A stretch of DNA of 52,359 bases. Origin: a virus (taxonomy: Duplodnaviria; Caudoviricetes). The position numbers were made by a program, and so were the translations under genes. The stretch spans positions 1 through 52,359 of IMG/VR virus record IMGVR_UViG_3300007734_000723; one strand, written 5' to 3'. The notes under the pieces are model-generated. The model was not told the DNA's origin, ran no database searches, and was given only the letters and a program-made list of their open reading frames with translations. Shown here in pieces: positions 17,351-26,708 of the stretch (position 1 is its first letter; every line of letters begins with the position of its first letter).

Positions 17351-17689
17351 ATGATTACGATGACGAAAGAGATGTTGAGAGCGGTAGGTCAGACGAGCGG
17401 CGGCGTGACGGCTCAGTTCGTGAATGACGCGGTGGATGTGGCTGTGACATTGAAGCACGTACCCGCCTACGGTTATCGGCTCTTTAATGAGGCTGGCAAG
17501 ATGGGGAACCTCGATGCGACTTCTTATTTGGACTTCGTTTTTGTGACGGAGGAGGTTGCGGAGAAGCTGAACGAGACCCACGCACGTATTCTGGCGGTCT
17601 TGGAGGAAGCTCGGATAGCGGCGAACCACAGACCCACGCGGTGGGCGAACGGAACCTATCGAACGCAGGGCGCGACGGGTAGACGGTAA
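17351..17689 (+). CDS. Hypothetical early protein
   Basis: GGGAG RBS; first gene after the strong promoter. Confidence 0.7.
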   Translation: MITMTKEMLRAVGQTSGGVTAQFVNDAVDVAVTLKHVPAYGYRLFNEAGKMGNLDATSYLDFVFVTEEVAEKLNETHARILAVLEEARIAANHRPTRWANGTYRTQGATGRR

Positions 17690-17712
17690 CGAAAACAGAA
17701 AGGAGAGCGAGA

Positions 17713-17994
17713 TTGAATGAAACGACTACTGAAACTGAGTTGGGCGATACACCTCATCGCCTTCATGGGCGCGAGAGCGTACTGGGGTTAGATGTTCTTT
17801 CGCGGTATCAGCGTGAGTACGTGATAGACGCGCCGACCGAGGCGGGAAGACGGTTTCAGTCCGCGATGGCGATACTGCAAGAGGAAGTTGAGAGACAAAT
17901 TAAAACCGCCCCCTGTGTTGGAAGCACAGAGAGCGGCACACCAAACAGAAAGGTTATCCAAAACCATGAACACAATGAGTATAGCACAGTTTGA
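17713..17994 (+). CDS. Hypothetical protein
   Basis: AAGGAG RBS before a TTG start. Confidence 0.55.
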   Translation: MNETTTETELGDTPHRLHGRESVLGLDVLSRYQREYVIDAPTEAGRRFQSAMAILQEEVERQIKTAPCVGSTESGTPNRKVIQNHEHNEYSTV

Positions 17995-18571
17995 AACCCA
18001 AAACAAGCCCTCTAGCGCGGCTTACGGCAAAAAGCGGAATGGCGGGGTTGTGACGGAGGGGAGACTGACCACGACCCGCACTGGCGAGACGTTTGAGAAG
18101 AGCGTGCTTCTCTCCTACGAGTCGGCTTTGGCACTACAGCGCATACTGAACGCGAACCCCGACATCGAGAGCGCGGAACTGAAGCGCGACCACCACAGCC
18201 CCAACACCTACTACGTGCGTTACCGCGTGACGCTCTCCGCCGACGCTGGCAGGTTGACGGGCGACCTGAACCTACGACGTAGCTTGCACCGGTCCGGGGA
18301 GTTTCGTTCGGAGCCTCTGCCTGATAACCCCGGCGCGTTTCTGGTGGTTCATGTTTTCCCCGCGCATCTTGGCGGCGGTTGCACGATTTACACCGCGAAC
18401 CGTGAAGGCTCCTGTACCTGCCCTCAGAGCAGGATACGGCGCGAGACCTGCAAGCACGTTCTGCACCTCCGTGCAACCTACCCCTTGACGGCAGATAGGG
18501 GCGATGTGAAGACCCCGCGCAAGCGAACGGAAAGCGAAATCACGGCAGATTTCGACAGTGACTACCCCTAA
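17966..18571 (+). CDS. SWIM zinc-finger domain protein
   Basis: CTCPQS....TCKHVLH near the C-terminus. Confidence 0.75.
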   Translation: MNTMSIAQFETQNKPSSAAYGKKRNGGVVTEGRLTTTRTGETFEKSVLLSYESALALQRILNANPDIESAELKRDHHSPNTYYVRYRVTLSADAGRLTGDLNLRRSLHRSGEFRSEPLPDNPGAFLVVHVFPAHLGGGCTIYTANREGSCTCPQSRIRRETCKHVLHLRATYPLTADRGDVKTPRKRTESEITADFDSDYP

Positions 18572-18963
18572 TGAAAATCTACACCTTCGGATACAAGAAA
18601 TACAAGCCTAATGCTCTCCTGCTGAAATTGCAGGAGTTGGGGGCGACTCTGATAGACGTTCGGTTCTGTGCGACAGGGGGAAACCCTGCGTGGGCACAGG
18701 GGGAGCTGATGCGGAAGTGCAGAGAGTACGCGGTTCGGTATCTGTACTACAAAGCGTGGGGCAATAAGCACTACAACCGCGACGCGGATATTTTGATAGC
18801 GGACTTTGACGCGGGACTTGAGAGCCTGAAACAGCTTGAGAGCAGTGGGGTAAAGGCGGCGGTCTTGCTGTGCGCGTGCGAGTGCTATGCGACGTGCCAC
18901 CGTGCGGTACTGGCGGAGCGACTACGATTAGAGGGCTACGAAGTGGAGGAGCTAGGGCTATGA
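18571..18963 (+). CDS. DUF488 family protein
   Basis: IYTFGY, LIDVR, LLC.....CHR motifs. Confidence 0.8.
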   Translation: MKIYTFGYKKYKPNALLLKLQELGATLIDVRFCATGGNPAWAQGELMRKCREYAVRYLYYKAWGNKHYNRDADILIADFDAGLESLKQLESSGVKAAVLLCACECYATCHRAVLAERLRLEGYEVEELGL

Positions 18964-19505
18964 GAAAAGAGTTTTTGCTAGACATGAAGGGCGGCAAGAA
19001 GGCGGTTTTGTTTGCAGGACTGCTCGATCTTGCCCACCAGAACGGGCTGAAATCTATTCGCACGGAGCTGTTGCAGTTGCCGACTGCGGACAATAGTCAT
19101 ACCGCGATATGTTTCGCGACGGTGACGCTTGAGAAAGAGGGGCGCGAACTGGTGTTTACAGGGATTGGCGATGCGAACCCCGCTAACGTGAAGCCTACGA
19201 TGCAGACTTGCCTTTTGAGGATGGCTGAGACTCGTGCCAAAGCCCGTGCCCTCCGTGACGCGGTGAATGTGGGGGTGGTGGCATTTGAGGAGTTGGGCGA
19301 GGAAGAGGAGGCTACGCAACCCACCAAAGCCCCGATGGTGCAGAAGGAGGGCGGAATCCTGCCTAGCCAAAAGAGCCGTCTGGAATTTCTGTACAAGGGA
19401 TTGGGGGAGGCTGTGCCGGGTGGATTAGAGAATCTGACACGGATTCGGGCGGAGCAGATAATCAACGAGAAGCAGAAGCTACTCAGCGAAGGGAGGGCGG
19501 CGTGA
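18960..19505 (+). CDS. Rad52-like single-strand annealing protein (putative)
   Basis: GLLDLAH..GL, FTGIGDA.P.NV, RMAETRAKARALRDA motifs. Confidence 0.65.
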   Translation: MRKEFLLDMKGGKKAVLFAGLLDLAHQNGLKSIRTELLQLPTADNSHTAICFATVTLEKEGRELVFTGIGDANPANVKPTMQTCLLRMAETRAKARALRDAVNVGVVAFEELGEEEEATQPTKAPMVQKEGGILPSQKSRLEFLYKGLGEAVPGGLENLTRIRAEQIINEKQKLLSEGRAA

Positions 19506-19834
19506 TGTGCAAACCTTCCTGCGCGGTTTGGGGCTTGCCGAAAGAGGAGGTTTGCCCCGACTGCCTTTTGGATTTTCTGCCAAACGCTACTGACAATTTG
19601 GCAGGTCGGATATTGCTGATGTGTCAGAGACTGTGCCCTCCTTTCCGATTTTTAAGACTACGTTTGTCTGCGCTTATGCGGGATGATGTTACGACTGTAC
19701 CCGGTATCGTGGACTGGGTGCGCGAGATGCGAGAGTTCTACCCGCCCTGCTCTTACGAGGGTGGGGTAGCGCATAGTTTCAGGATAGACCCGCAATTTGT
19801 GGAGATAGGAGGGCGAACCAATGGGGCAAGATAG
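19502..19834 (+). CDS. Hypothetical protein
   Basis: Coupled ORF in the early operon. Confidence 0.5.
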   Translation: MMCKPSCAVWGLPKEEVCPDCLLDFLPNATDNLAGRILLMCQRLCPPFRFLRLRLSALMRDDVTTVPGIVDWVREMREFYPPCSYEGGVAHSFRIDPQFVEIGGRTNGAR

Positions 19835-20744
19835 CAAAATCGAGTGGACAAAACACACGTTCAACCCTTGGCGCGGTTGCACTAAGGTTTCAGAGGGATG
19901 CAAGTTTTGCTACGCTGAAACGCTCTCCAACAGAAATCACGGAACGCTGGGAGTGTGGGGACCCAAAGGGTCTCGTGTTATCGCTTCCGAAACGATGTGG
20001 GCGCAACCCGTCAAGTGGAACCGAGAAGCGGAAGCGGCTGGGGAGCGTCATCGGGTGTTTTGCGCGTCGTTGGCGGATGTGTTTGAGGGCGATGATACGA
20101 TGCCCTCCGAATCATGGAAGAGCGTTGACGATGCGCGTGAGAGGTTGACGTGGCTAATCATAAACACTCCTCATTTAGACTGGTTACTACTCACGAAACG
20201 CCCCCAAAACGTGATGGAAATGCTTCCTGAAGACTGGATGAGCGGGTTGCCGCCCAATGTCTGGATTGGAACCAGTGTCGAGAATCAGGCGATGGCGGAG
20301 GAGCGCATTCCTCATCTGCTACAGATACCCGCGAAGGTGCGTTTCCTCTCCTGTGAGCCTCTCCTGGGGGCGGTGGATTTGAGCGGTTGGGCTACAGATA
20401 CGGGGGTGTGGAAGTGCCCGAACTGCCGATACACGCTCCAAAAATGCTACCTGCGGGCTTCCGATGGCGCGGTAGGGTTGAACACGGAGCAGGTTCGCGA
20501 GGTCTGCCCGAACGATGGCGCAACGCTTCGCCCTCTCTCGCTGATTGATTGGGTCATTGTCGGCGGGGAGTCCGGCGCGAACGCGAGACCGATGCACCCC
20601 GATTGGGCGCGGGGCTTGAGAGACCAGTGCGTTGAGGCAGGGGTAGCCTACTTTTTTAAGCAGTGGGGCGGCACGACCGCGAAAGCGGGCGGGCGACTCT
20701 TGGACGGGCGCGAGTGGAGTGAATACCCGGAGGTGTCGAAATGA
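19821..20744 (+). CDS. Phage Gp37/Gp68 (DUF5131) family protein
   Basis: SKIEWT..TFNPWRGCTKVSEGCKFCYAE, LLTKRP, FLSCEPLLG, WVIVGGESG, FFKQWGG. Confidence 0.93.
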   Translation: MGQDSKIEWTKHTFNPWRGCTKVSEGCKFCYAETLSNRNHGTLGVWGPKGSRVIASETMWAQPVKWNREAEAAGERHRVFCASLADVFEGDDTMPSESWKSVDDARERLTWLIINTPHLDWLLLTKRPQNVMEMLPEDWMSGLPPNVWIGTSVENQAMAEERIPHLLQIPAKVRFLSCEPLLGAVDLSGWATDTGVWKCPNCRYTLQKCYLRASDGAVGLNTEQVREVCPNDGATLRPLSLIDWVIVGGESGANARPMHPDWARGLRDQCVEAGVAYFFKQWGGTTAKAGGRLLDGREWSEYPEVSK

Positions 20745-20953
20745 TAACAAAAGGTCAAGTCCTGCTAGAGATAGCGGGACACTGCGACAGGATACGCATT
20801 AAGCCCATGCAGTCGGTTTCCATCATCGCGAAATTGCAGGAGCTACTGCCTGATTGGGGCGCGGATTTCGGGAACGACCTGCCTGACCTACTACTCGACA
20901 ACAACTCTGACGACATGGCGGCTCTACTACAGAGCGCGGAGGATAGACGATGA
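20741..20953 (+). CDS. Hypothetical protein
   Basis: ATGA-coupled; GGAGG RBS. Confidence 0.55.
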   Translation: MITKGQVLLEIAGHCDRIRIKPMQSVSIIAKLQELLPDWGADFGNDLPDLLLDNNSDDMAALLQSAEDRR

Positions 20954-21303
20954 GCGACACAAATGAGACTAGAGAAACAGAGACATGGGCGCAAATGCAC
21001 GCACCTCGCGGGGGTTGGCGACCGCTTCGCCGTGACGGGCAGGAGTACGAGCAGACCTGCCGTCGCGGGCACAAGTACGAGAGCGACAGCCCCGAACCTC
21101 AGTGCCCCACCTGTGCGGCGGTGTTTACGGAGGTTGACATAGAGGCAGAGATGTCGGCATTTCGAGCGCAGAACAGGAGCATCGATGCCGCCTTTGGGAT
21201 GGTTATAGTTCTGGCAATTCTCTCCGTGTTCGCATGGTGCTTGTGGAGTGGCATAGAGGCTCAGGGGAGGATTGACGACGCTCAGGAGGTGCAGAGATGG
21301 TGA
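20950..21303 (+). CDS. Zn-ribbon plus single-TM hypothetical protein
   Basis: CxxGH...CxxC followed by a hydrophobic segment. Confidence 0.6.
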   Translation: MSDTNETRETETWAQMHAPRGGWRPLRRDGQEYEQTCRRGHKYESDSPEPQCPTCAAVFTEVDIEAEMSAFRAQNRSIDAAFGMVIVLAILSVFAWCLWSGIEAQGRIDDAQEVQRW

Positions 21304-21407
21304 TGTTATTTTTAACAGGAGTGGCGACACTGGCAGTAGGGGGGCTGATTGCAGTCGTGTGCGTGTTGAAAGCGCCTGTTCATTGGCGAGGCGATGACGA
21401 TGAGTAA
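21297..21407 (+). CDS. 36-aa single-TM protein (not in ORF track)
   Basis: AGGAGG RBS; MVMLFLTGVATLAVGGLIAVVCVLKAPVHWRGDDDE. Confidence 0.5.
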   Translation: MVMLFLTGVATLAVGGLIAVVCVLKAPVHWRGDDDE

Positions 21408-21492
21408 ACATAAAGACGCGCTGTATATGGGCTATGCGTGCTTTGTTCTGCCGTTCGCGGGGTTCGTGTTGCATTTGATGTTTGGGAGGTAG
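21400..21492 (+). CDS. 30-aa single-TM protein (not in ORF track)
   Basis: MSKHKDALYMGYACFVLPFAGFVLHLMFGR; overlaps the upstream stop. Confidence 0.4.
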   Translation: MSKHKDALYMGYACFVLPFAGFVLHLMFGR

Positions 21493-21646
21493 GTGGATGC
21501 GAGTCTCCTCCTCCCCCTAAATGCCAGAAGGGAGGAGGCTTGTGCAAAAGTCTCTTGCGTAGAGGCTCCTTCGTCGTCAATGTTGGATTGGTTGCATGAG
21601 GAGCCTCTACGCAGCGGATTCACTGCTGCTGGAAGGATAGGACAGA

Positions 21647-21940
21647 ATGAAATTCAGGGAACTGTTAGAACTAATTGACGATGGCAACGTAGAGCAGAGG
21701 CTGGACGAGTCTCTCGCGGAACTGATTCTAGACGTGCAGAAGACCGTTAAGCCCGGCACGCTCACCGTCACGCTCACGCTCAAGCCGGACAACGCCGAAC
21801 TGCTGAGCGCGATAATGACGGTCGCCTCTAAAAACCCGCAACCGGGCGCGTACCCTACCAAGTTCTTTGTGACGGAGGAGGGCGAACTCTCGACTCGCAA
21901 CCCTCGACAGAAAACGTTTGACTTTAAGAGGAGCGAATAA
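21647..21940 (+). CDS. Conserved phage protein, usual partner of DUF2303
   Basis: T.KPG.LT.TL.LKP...FFVTEEG.LS.RNPRQ pattern directly upstream of DUF2303. Confidence 0.75.
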   Translation: MKFRELLELIDDGNVEQRLDESLAELILDVQKTVKPGTLTVTLTLKPDNAELLSAIMTVASKNPQPGAYPTKFFVTEEGELSTRNPRQKTFDFKRSE

Positions 21941-22734
21941 TGCTACCGGAAACACCTACTACCGAAACAGAATACGAGTCCGCGTTCCAGCACGGAGCCG
22001 CCTCGTTCGCAAACCTGCAACTCAGCGAGATGAGAGCCGTCGTGATACCGGACGGCTACAAACTCGAAAACACTGAGTCGCTACTCGAAACCCCGAACCG
22101 CATCCGCGAGAATGTGAAACTGACACGCGCCGAGTCGTTCTGGGGCTATGTGAACGACTTCAAGAACGACGGCTCGCTCATATTCGCCAACGCCGCGACA
22201 CGGACATTCATCGCCGTTCTGGACTACCACAGAAGCGACACGGAGCCTCGTTGGGGGTCTCATGTCGCGACGCTCTCCCTGCCGTTTTCAGCCGAGTTTA
22301 CAGCGTGGGGCAAAAACGACAGAAAGCCCCTCTCTCAACAGGACTTTGCGGAGTGGCTGGAAGACCGGCTAATCGACGTGACGGAGCCGGAGGGCGCGAA
22401 ACTGCTGACGATTGCCTCCGCGCTTGAGGCGACAAAGACCCTCAAATTCAAGAGCGCGACTCGGTTGGACAATGGGGACTCGGCTCTCAGTTTTGAGGAG
22501 ACCACGAGCGGCGCTGTTAAAATACCTGCGACATTCACGCTCGGCATCCCTGTTTTCGAGGGGGAGGAGCCTATCGAAATTCAGTGCCGACTACGCTACA
22601 GGATTGACGGGGGGCTGAAATTTACCTACCTGATGGAAGACCCCAGCGAGATAGTTCGCAAGCGGTTTATTGAGATTGGGAAGCGCATCGAGAGCGAGAC
22701 GGAGTGCCAACTCGTGTTCGGGTCTCGCAGTTAG
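21940..22734 (+). CDS. DUF2303 (YfdQ-like) family protein
   Basis: AVLDYH, W..H.A.L, SQ.DFAEWLED, F.SA.RL.NG, IP.F.L.IPVFEG, RLRYRI. Confidence 0.85.
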   Translation: MLPETPTTETEYESAFQHGAASFANLQLSEMRAVVIPDGYKLENTESLLETPNRIRENVKLTRAESFWGYVNDFKNDGSLIFANAATRTFIAVLDYHRSDTEPRWGSHVATLSLPFSAEFTAWGKNDRKPLSQQDFAEWLEDRLIDVTEPEGAKLLTIASALEATKTLKFKSATRLDNGDSALSFEETTSGAVKIPATFTLGIPVFEGEEPIEIQCRLRYRIDGGLKFTYLMEDPSEIVRKRFIEIGKRIESETECQLVFGSRS

Positions 22735-23177
22735 TGGTCTGCCCTGTCTGCAATACCCCGCTCATGTCCGCCAGTGACGGCAAGGAGTTATTTTGCCGCG
22801 TGTGTTACAAGGTCATCGAGCGGGGCGGCAGAGAGACCAATCGCGGAAAGCCCACTCCGCCCCCGCGACCTACTGAAACCTACAGGAATGAACCCGAACT
22901 GGTGAAGGCTATCTGTGCGGCTCTCAAGGCGGCGGGCGTGAAGTACAAGCGTATCGGACAGCACGTTGTAAAAAACAGTGGTTCAGACGCGGGCGTTCCT
23001 GATTTGATGTGGTGGCTTCCGCGAACAGGCCACTACCCTGCGCGGGTCGGCTTCTTGGAGGCGAAGGTGCATCCTAACAAGCCGACCCCAGAACAACAGG
23101 AACTCATAGACGACGGGGTTTCCGTGGCGGTCTACAGTGTAGCGGAGGCGCTTGAGGCGCTGGGAGAGATATTTTGA
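22734..23177 (+). CDS. VRR-NUC-like PD-(D/E)XK nuclease with N-terminal Zn ribbon
   Basis: GVPDL...FLEAK....PTPEQ; CxxC...CxxC. Confidence 0.75.
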   Translation: MVCPVCNTPLMSASDGKELFCRVCYKVIERGGRETNRGKPTPPPRPTETYRNEPELVKAICAALKAAGVKYKRIGQHVVKNSGSDAGVPDLMWWLPRTGHYPARVGFLEAKVHPNKPTPEQQELIDDGVSVAVYSVAEALEALGEIF

Positions 23178-23848
23178 GCCTGTTTCCCGAACTCGACAAC
23201 CCGAAAACGAGAGCGGTACTCCGCAGTCGCGAGTCGAAGCCCTTCACGCGCACGCTCGCGAAATGCGATGAAATCTATACGCCGCCCTACGCGCTTCTGC
23301 CCGAACTGGTTGCGATGTTGCGGGCGTTCGTGGGAGACGGCTACGTATGGGAGCCGTGCGCGGGACAGGGACACCTGAGCGGGTATCTGCGTGAGGCTGG
23401 GTTCAACGTGGTGGCTACGACGCTAGGTAACGAGGTGAGGGACATTCCCGCCGCGTGGGAGTGTGAGGAGTTGGAGGCATGGGACGGGGATTTCCTGAAC
23501 GCGCCGAACTGTTTGCGATGCAGAAACGAGATTCGCGCCATCGTGACGAACCCGCCGTTTTCGATTAGCGACAGGATTATTCAGGATGCGCTCGTGTTCA
23601 AGGGTGCGGTGGCGTTGCTACTGCCCAACTCTCGCCTGAACGGGGTAGCGCGACATGAGACGTATGACAGATGCGGGTATCCCTACGTGCTAATACCCAA
23701 CAGGCGAATCAACTACATCACGCCCCGAAACGGCAAGAGCGCCCAGCAGGATACCTACTGGTTTTGTTGGGGCATGGGCGAAGAGGGGCGGTATAAATCT
23801 GTGAAAATGGACAGGCGAATGAGACCTAGAATGTTGAGGGGGAGATGA
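23174..23848 (+). CDS. DNA N6-adenine methyltransferase (orphan)
   Basis: DEIYTP, WEPCAGQG (motif I), IVTNPPFS (motif IV). Confidence 0.85.
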   Translation: MSLFPELDNPKTRAVLRSRESKPFTRTLAKCDEIYTPPYALLPELVAMLRAFVGDGYVWEPCAGQGHLSGYLREAGFNVVATTLGNEVRDIPAAWECEELEAWDGDFLNAPNCLRCRNEIRAIVTNPPFSISDRIIQDALVFKGAVALLLPNSRLNGVARHETYDRCGYPYVLIPNRRINYITPRNGKSAQQDTYWFCWGMGEEGRYKSVKMDRRMRPRMLRGR

Positions 23849-24591
23849 GCAGTACTCCTAAATTCTCTACGACTCGCGAGGTGCGGAACCTCTCAGGACT
23901 CCTGCGCCAGTTTATGCTGACCTCTAACGAATTCGAGGATGTGGGCAAAACGACAGGCGAGCAGGCGCGCGAGTTCATTACCCGATTCGTGGCGACGGAG
24001 GGGAACTACCACGTTCTGAAAGCGCAGTGGGGCAAGGCGACGGAGGCGACTCGCGAGCGGCTTATCTCCGAGTGGGAGTTCCTGCGGGGCAAAACAGAGG
24101 AGGCGAGGGCGGAGGAGTATACGCTTCGCCATAACCAGCGCGTCGCCAAGTCCGCCCCTCTGTTCGCCGCTATGGGGGCTTTGGAAGAGGTGGAGACGCT
24201 GACCACGCCAGAGCGCGTTATTCAGAACTGGAAAAACGACCATATCCGATTGCAGGAGATACTGGTAAAAGGGCGCGAGATTGACGCAAAGCGAGCGGAG
24301 AAGAAGGCTCTCAATATCAACGAGGCGACAACCGGAAGTCTCTCTATAAATCAGTGCCGGGTCTGGGCGCAACTGTTTAGGATTCACGGTGAAACCCCTA
24401 ATTTAGCAGGGGCGTGGGAGATGCTACGCGCTACTGGGGACGCAGGACTGCAACGCGAGATAATGACAGCGATAGTCCGCCACTTCATGGCAAACCCGCG
24501 CCGCGAACGGAAAACCGAGTTTGTTCAACAACTGTACAGACAGTCGTACCGCGCCTTGTGTGCGGCGCAACTCATAGAGCGAGGACTCTGA
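23845..24591 (+). CDS. Hypothetical protein
   Basis: 248-aa coupled ORF. Confidence 0.65.
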   Translation: MSSTPKFSTTREVRNLSGLLRQFMLTSNEFEDVGKTTGEQAREFITRFVATEGNYHVLKAQWGKATEATRERLISEWEFLRGKTEEARAEEYTLRHNQRVAKSAPLFAAMGALEEVETLTTPERVIQNWKNDHIRLQEILVKGREIDAKRAEKKALNINEATTGSLSINQCRVWAQLFRIHGETPNLAGAWEMLRATGDAGLQREIMTAIVRHFMANPRRERKTEFVQQLYRQSYRALCAAQLIERGL

Positions 24592-24965
24592 TGGAACCCT
24601 GCTACACCCGTACACGCCCTTACGAACCCACGCAACGCGCCGCAGATGGCAATTACTACTGCAAGCAGTGCAACGCCCTCCTGAGCGGCAGACGGACGGC
24701 GTACTGCTCTCGCGCCTGTGAAGACCTCTACCGAATCCCTCGCGACTGGAATTTTGCCAGACATTTAGCGCGGCGGCGCGACAAATACAAGTGCGTGCGA
24801 TGCGCGGCGCGGGGCACTCACGAGGTTGACCACATCCTGCCTGTTTCGGAGGGCGGAGGGGGTTGCGGGTTGGATAATTTGCGGACTCTCTGTGTCTGTT
24901 GCCATAGACACGAAACGAGGAAACTGGCGGCGCGACGGGCGGAACAACGGAAAGGGGCGCGATAG
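24591..24965 (+). CDS. HNH endonuclease
   Basis: RDKYKCVRC...EVDHILPVSEGGG...NLRTLC..CH. Confidence 0.88.
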   Translation: MEPCYTRTRPYEPTQRAADGNYYCKQCNALLSGRRTAYCSRACEDLYRIPRDWNFARHLARRRDKYKCVRCAARGTHEVDHILPVSEGGGGCGLDNLRTLCVCCHRHETRKLAARRAEQRKGAR

Positions 24966-25958
24966 ATGGCTAGAATACGCTCAATACGACCTGAGTTTTG
25001 GTCAGATAGCAAAATGTGTCACCTCCCTCCGCTGGGGCGGCTCTTCTATATCTCGCTGTGGAATTTCGCTGATGATTTCGGGCGCGGGCGGGCGTTGCCG
25101 AAGGAGCTTGTAGGGTTCGCGTTCCCTGCCGACGAGGACATTGAAGCGTCTCATGTCAAGCAGTGGCTTAAACTGCTCTCCGATATGGGTTGCATAACGC
25201 TCTATGATTTCGAGGGGTTGCCCTGTTTCCAGATAAATAATTGGGGAGACCACCAGAAGACCGAGAAGCCTACGCCATCGCGATTCCCCGCCCCGATGGG
25301 TTACAGGCAAAGCCTCCCCGAAGCCTCCCCGAATAAGTCGGGGACTACTCCCCAAAGCCTCCCCGAAGCCTCCCCGAATGAGTCGGGGACTTATGGGGGG
25401 GTAGGAAATAGGAATCAGGAAATAGGAAATAGGAATCAGGAAATAGGGGGGGAGTCGCGCACAGGCGCAAGGGGTGACGAACCCGCCAACGACATCCCCC
25501 CATCCGCCCCTTTGAAGATTTCAGCGGAGGCAGAGGCTCGGCAGACATTTGGCTTCACGCCGAACTTGGAGACCCCTTCGCCGAAACCAGCGCACCCCGA
25601 CCCTGCGAGTCCCTACCCGCTCAAGCTCTACCAGCAGGGTGCGGCGCAGGGCTACTCGTTGGCTGAGATACGAGAGGCGGGGCGTATCGCTCACGAAGAG
25701 CGTGGGGTGTCTCTGGGCGGAACATTCGCCTCTTACGCCTCGAAATGCCTGCCGAAAGCGCGGGAGAACCTCGCCAACAAGCCAACCATGCCGCCGCCGA
25801 TTGACCCCGAAGAGGCGAAACGAGCGAAGGCTCTCCGAGAGGCGGAACGCGCCGCGTGGGAGGCGGAACAACTCGCGGACTTAGACCGCAAAATCGAAAA
25901 CGGGCGACGAAAACGGGAGGAGAGGGAGCGAAATGAACAAGCAACTGCCACCGCGTAG
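24966..25958 (+). CDS. Phage replication initiator protein
   Basis: MARIRSIRPEFWSD...LWNFADDFG N-terminus, W..HQ motif and internal iteron-like repeats. Confidence 0.85.
   Translation: MARIRSIRPEFWSDSKMCHLPPLGRLFYISLWNFADDFGRGRALPKELVGFAFPADEDIEASHVKQWLKLLSDMGCITLYDFEGLPCFQINNWGDHQKTEKPTPSRFPAPMGYRQSLPEASPNKSGTTPQSLPEASPNESGTYGGVGNRNQEIGNRNQEIGGESRTGARGDEPANDIPPSAPLKISAEAEARQTFGFTPNLETPSPKPAHPDPASPYPLKLYQQGAAQGYSLAEIREAGRIAHEERGVSLGGTFASYASKCLPKARENLANKPTMPPPIDPEEAKRAKALREAERAAWEAEQLADLDRKIENGRRKREERERNEQATATA
25308..25447 (+). repeat. Putative replication origin: 45-bp tandem repeat and purine-rich 21-bp repeat inside the initiator gene
   Basis: AGCCTCCCCGA x4 plus inverted TCGGGGACT x2 (25308-25391); AGGAAATAGGAATCAGGAAAT x2 (25403-25444). 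Confidence 0.75.
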
Positions 25959-26535
25959 TTGGCGCGGGCTTCGGAGCGTTGAGAGTATGATTGAGAGAGC
26001 GGAAAATCTGCTTGACGAGGGGCAGAACCTGCCGACCGACCTCTGGCTGGCTCTTGTTTGGGAGCGCACAGACCTGCCGACGCGGTTTTATTGCTGGGGA
26101 GAGGGCGGGGGTAGGCAGCGTCCGGGATGGTTTTTCGGCGAATCGTGGTGGACTCCGCGAGATGTTTGCGACCCGCAAGGCGTTTGGGTACGCAAAAGCG
26201 CGGCGACGGTTGAGCGACTGATTCCGTTTTTGCTGGACGCAGAACAGCACTCGCTGGCGCACAACACGTTTCACGGATTCGCCGAGAGGGCGGAGGACAC
26301 TCTGGCGGCGTTACGAGAGGTGCGGAGGCGTATCGGGCGACTCTCGGACGGCATGAGCGTTGCGCCTCTGGTCGCGATAGAGCGCAAGGGGGCGGGAAGA
26401 AAAGCGAAGTCTCTTTTTGCCTCCGACCCGACTCCAATCTCTGAGCGAGAGGTGCGGGAACTGGCGGAACGCAACGCAGATAATGGGAGAGTGGTTCCTG
26501 ATATTGGCTTTTTGGACTATGAGGGCGCGGCGTGA
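25933..26535 (+). CDS. Hypothetical protein (Trp-rich)
   Basis: GGGAG RBS; overlaps the end of the initiator gene. Confidence 0.6.
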   Translation: MNKQLPPRSWRGLRSVESMIERAENLLDEGQNLPTDLWLALVWERTDLPTRFYCWGEGGGRQRPGWFFGESWWTPRDVCDPQGVWVRKSAATVERLIPFLLDAEQHSLAHNTFHGFAERAEDTLAALREVRRRIGRLSDGMSVAPLVAIERKGAGRKAKSLFASDPTPISEREVRELAERNADNGRVVPDIGFLDYEGAA

Positions 26536-26708
26536 ATGATGACTCGCCAACCGACTTTGAGACCGCGAAGGAACGCTGGCACAGGGCGGTGCGCTACGCT
26601 GAGAGCGTGAGGTACGGCAAAGCGTCCGAGTATGCACTGGCGAGAGCGGAAGCGGAGCGGTTGGCGAGAGAGGCGGTGAAACGGATGGAAGGAGGGGGCG
26701 AAGTGTGA
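26532..26708 (+). CDS. 58-aa hypothetical protein (not in ORF track)
   Basis: GTGA overlaps at both ends. Confidence 0.5.
   Translation: MNDDSPTDFETAKERWHRAVRYAESVRYGKASEYALARAEAERLAREAVKRMEGGGEV

Noticed and set aside
23174-24965. Methyltransferase plus HNH/VRR-NUC as a restriction-modification system
   Set aside because: These are common stand-alone genes of phage early regions, and nothing in the sequence links them as a cognate pair.
25308-25447. Short repeats as a CRISPR array
   Set aside because: They are in-frame tandem repeats without unique spacers inside the initiator gene. No cas genes or repeat-spacer array were seen in the window.
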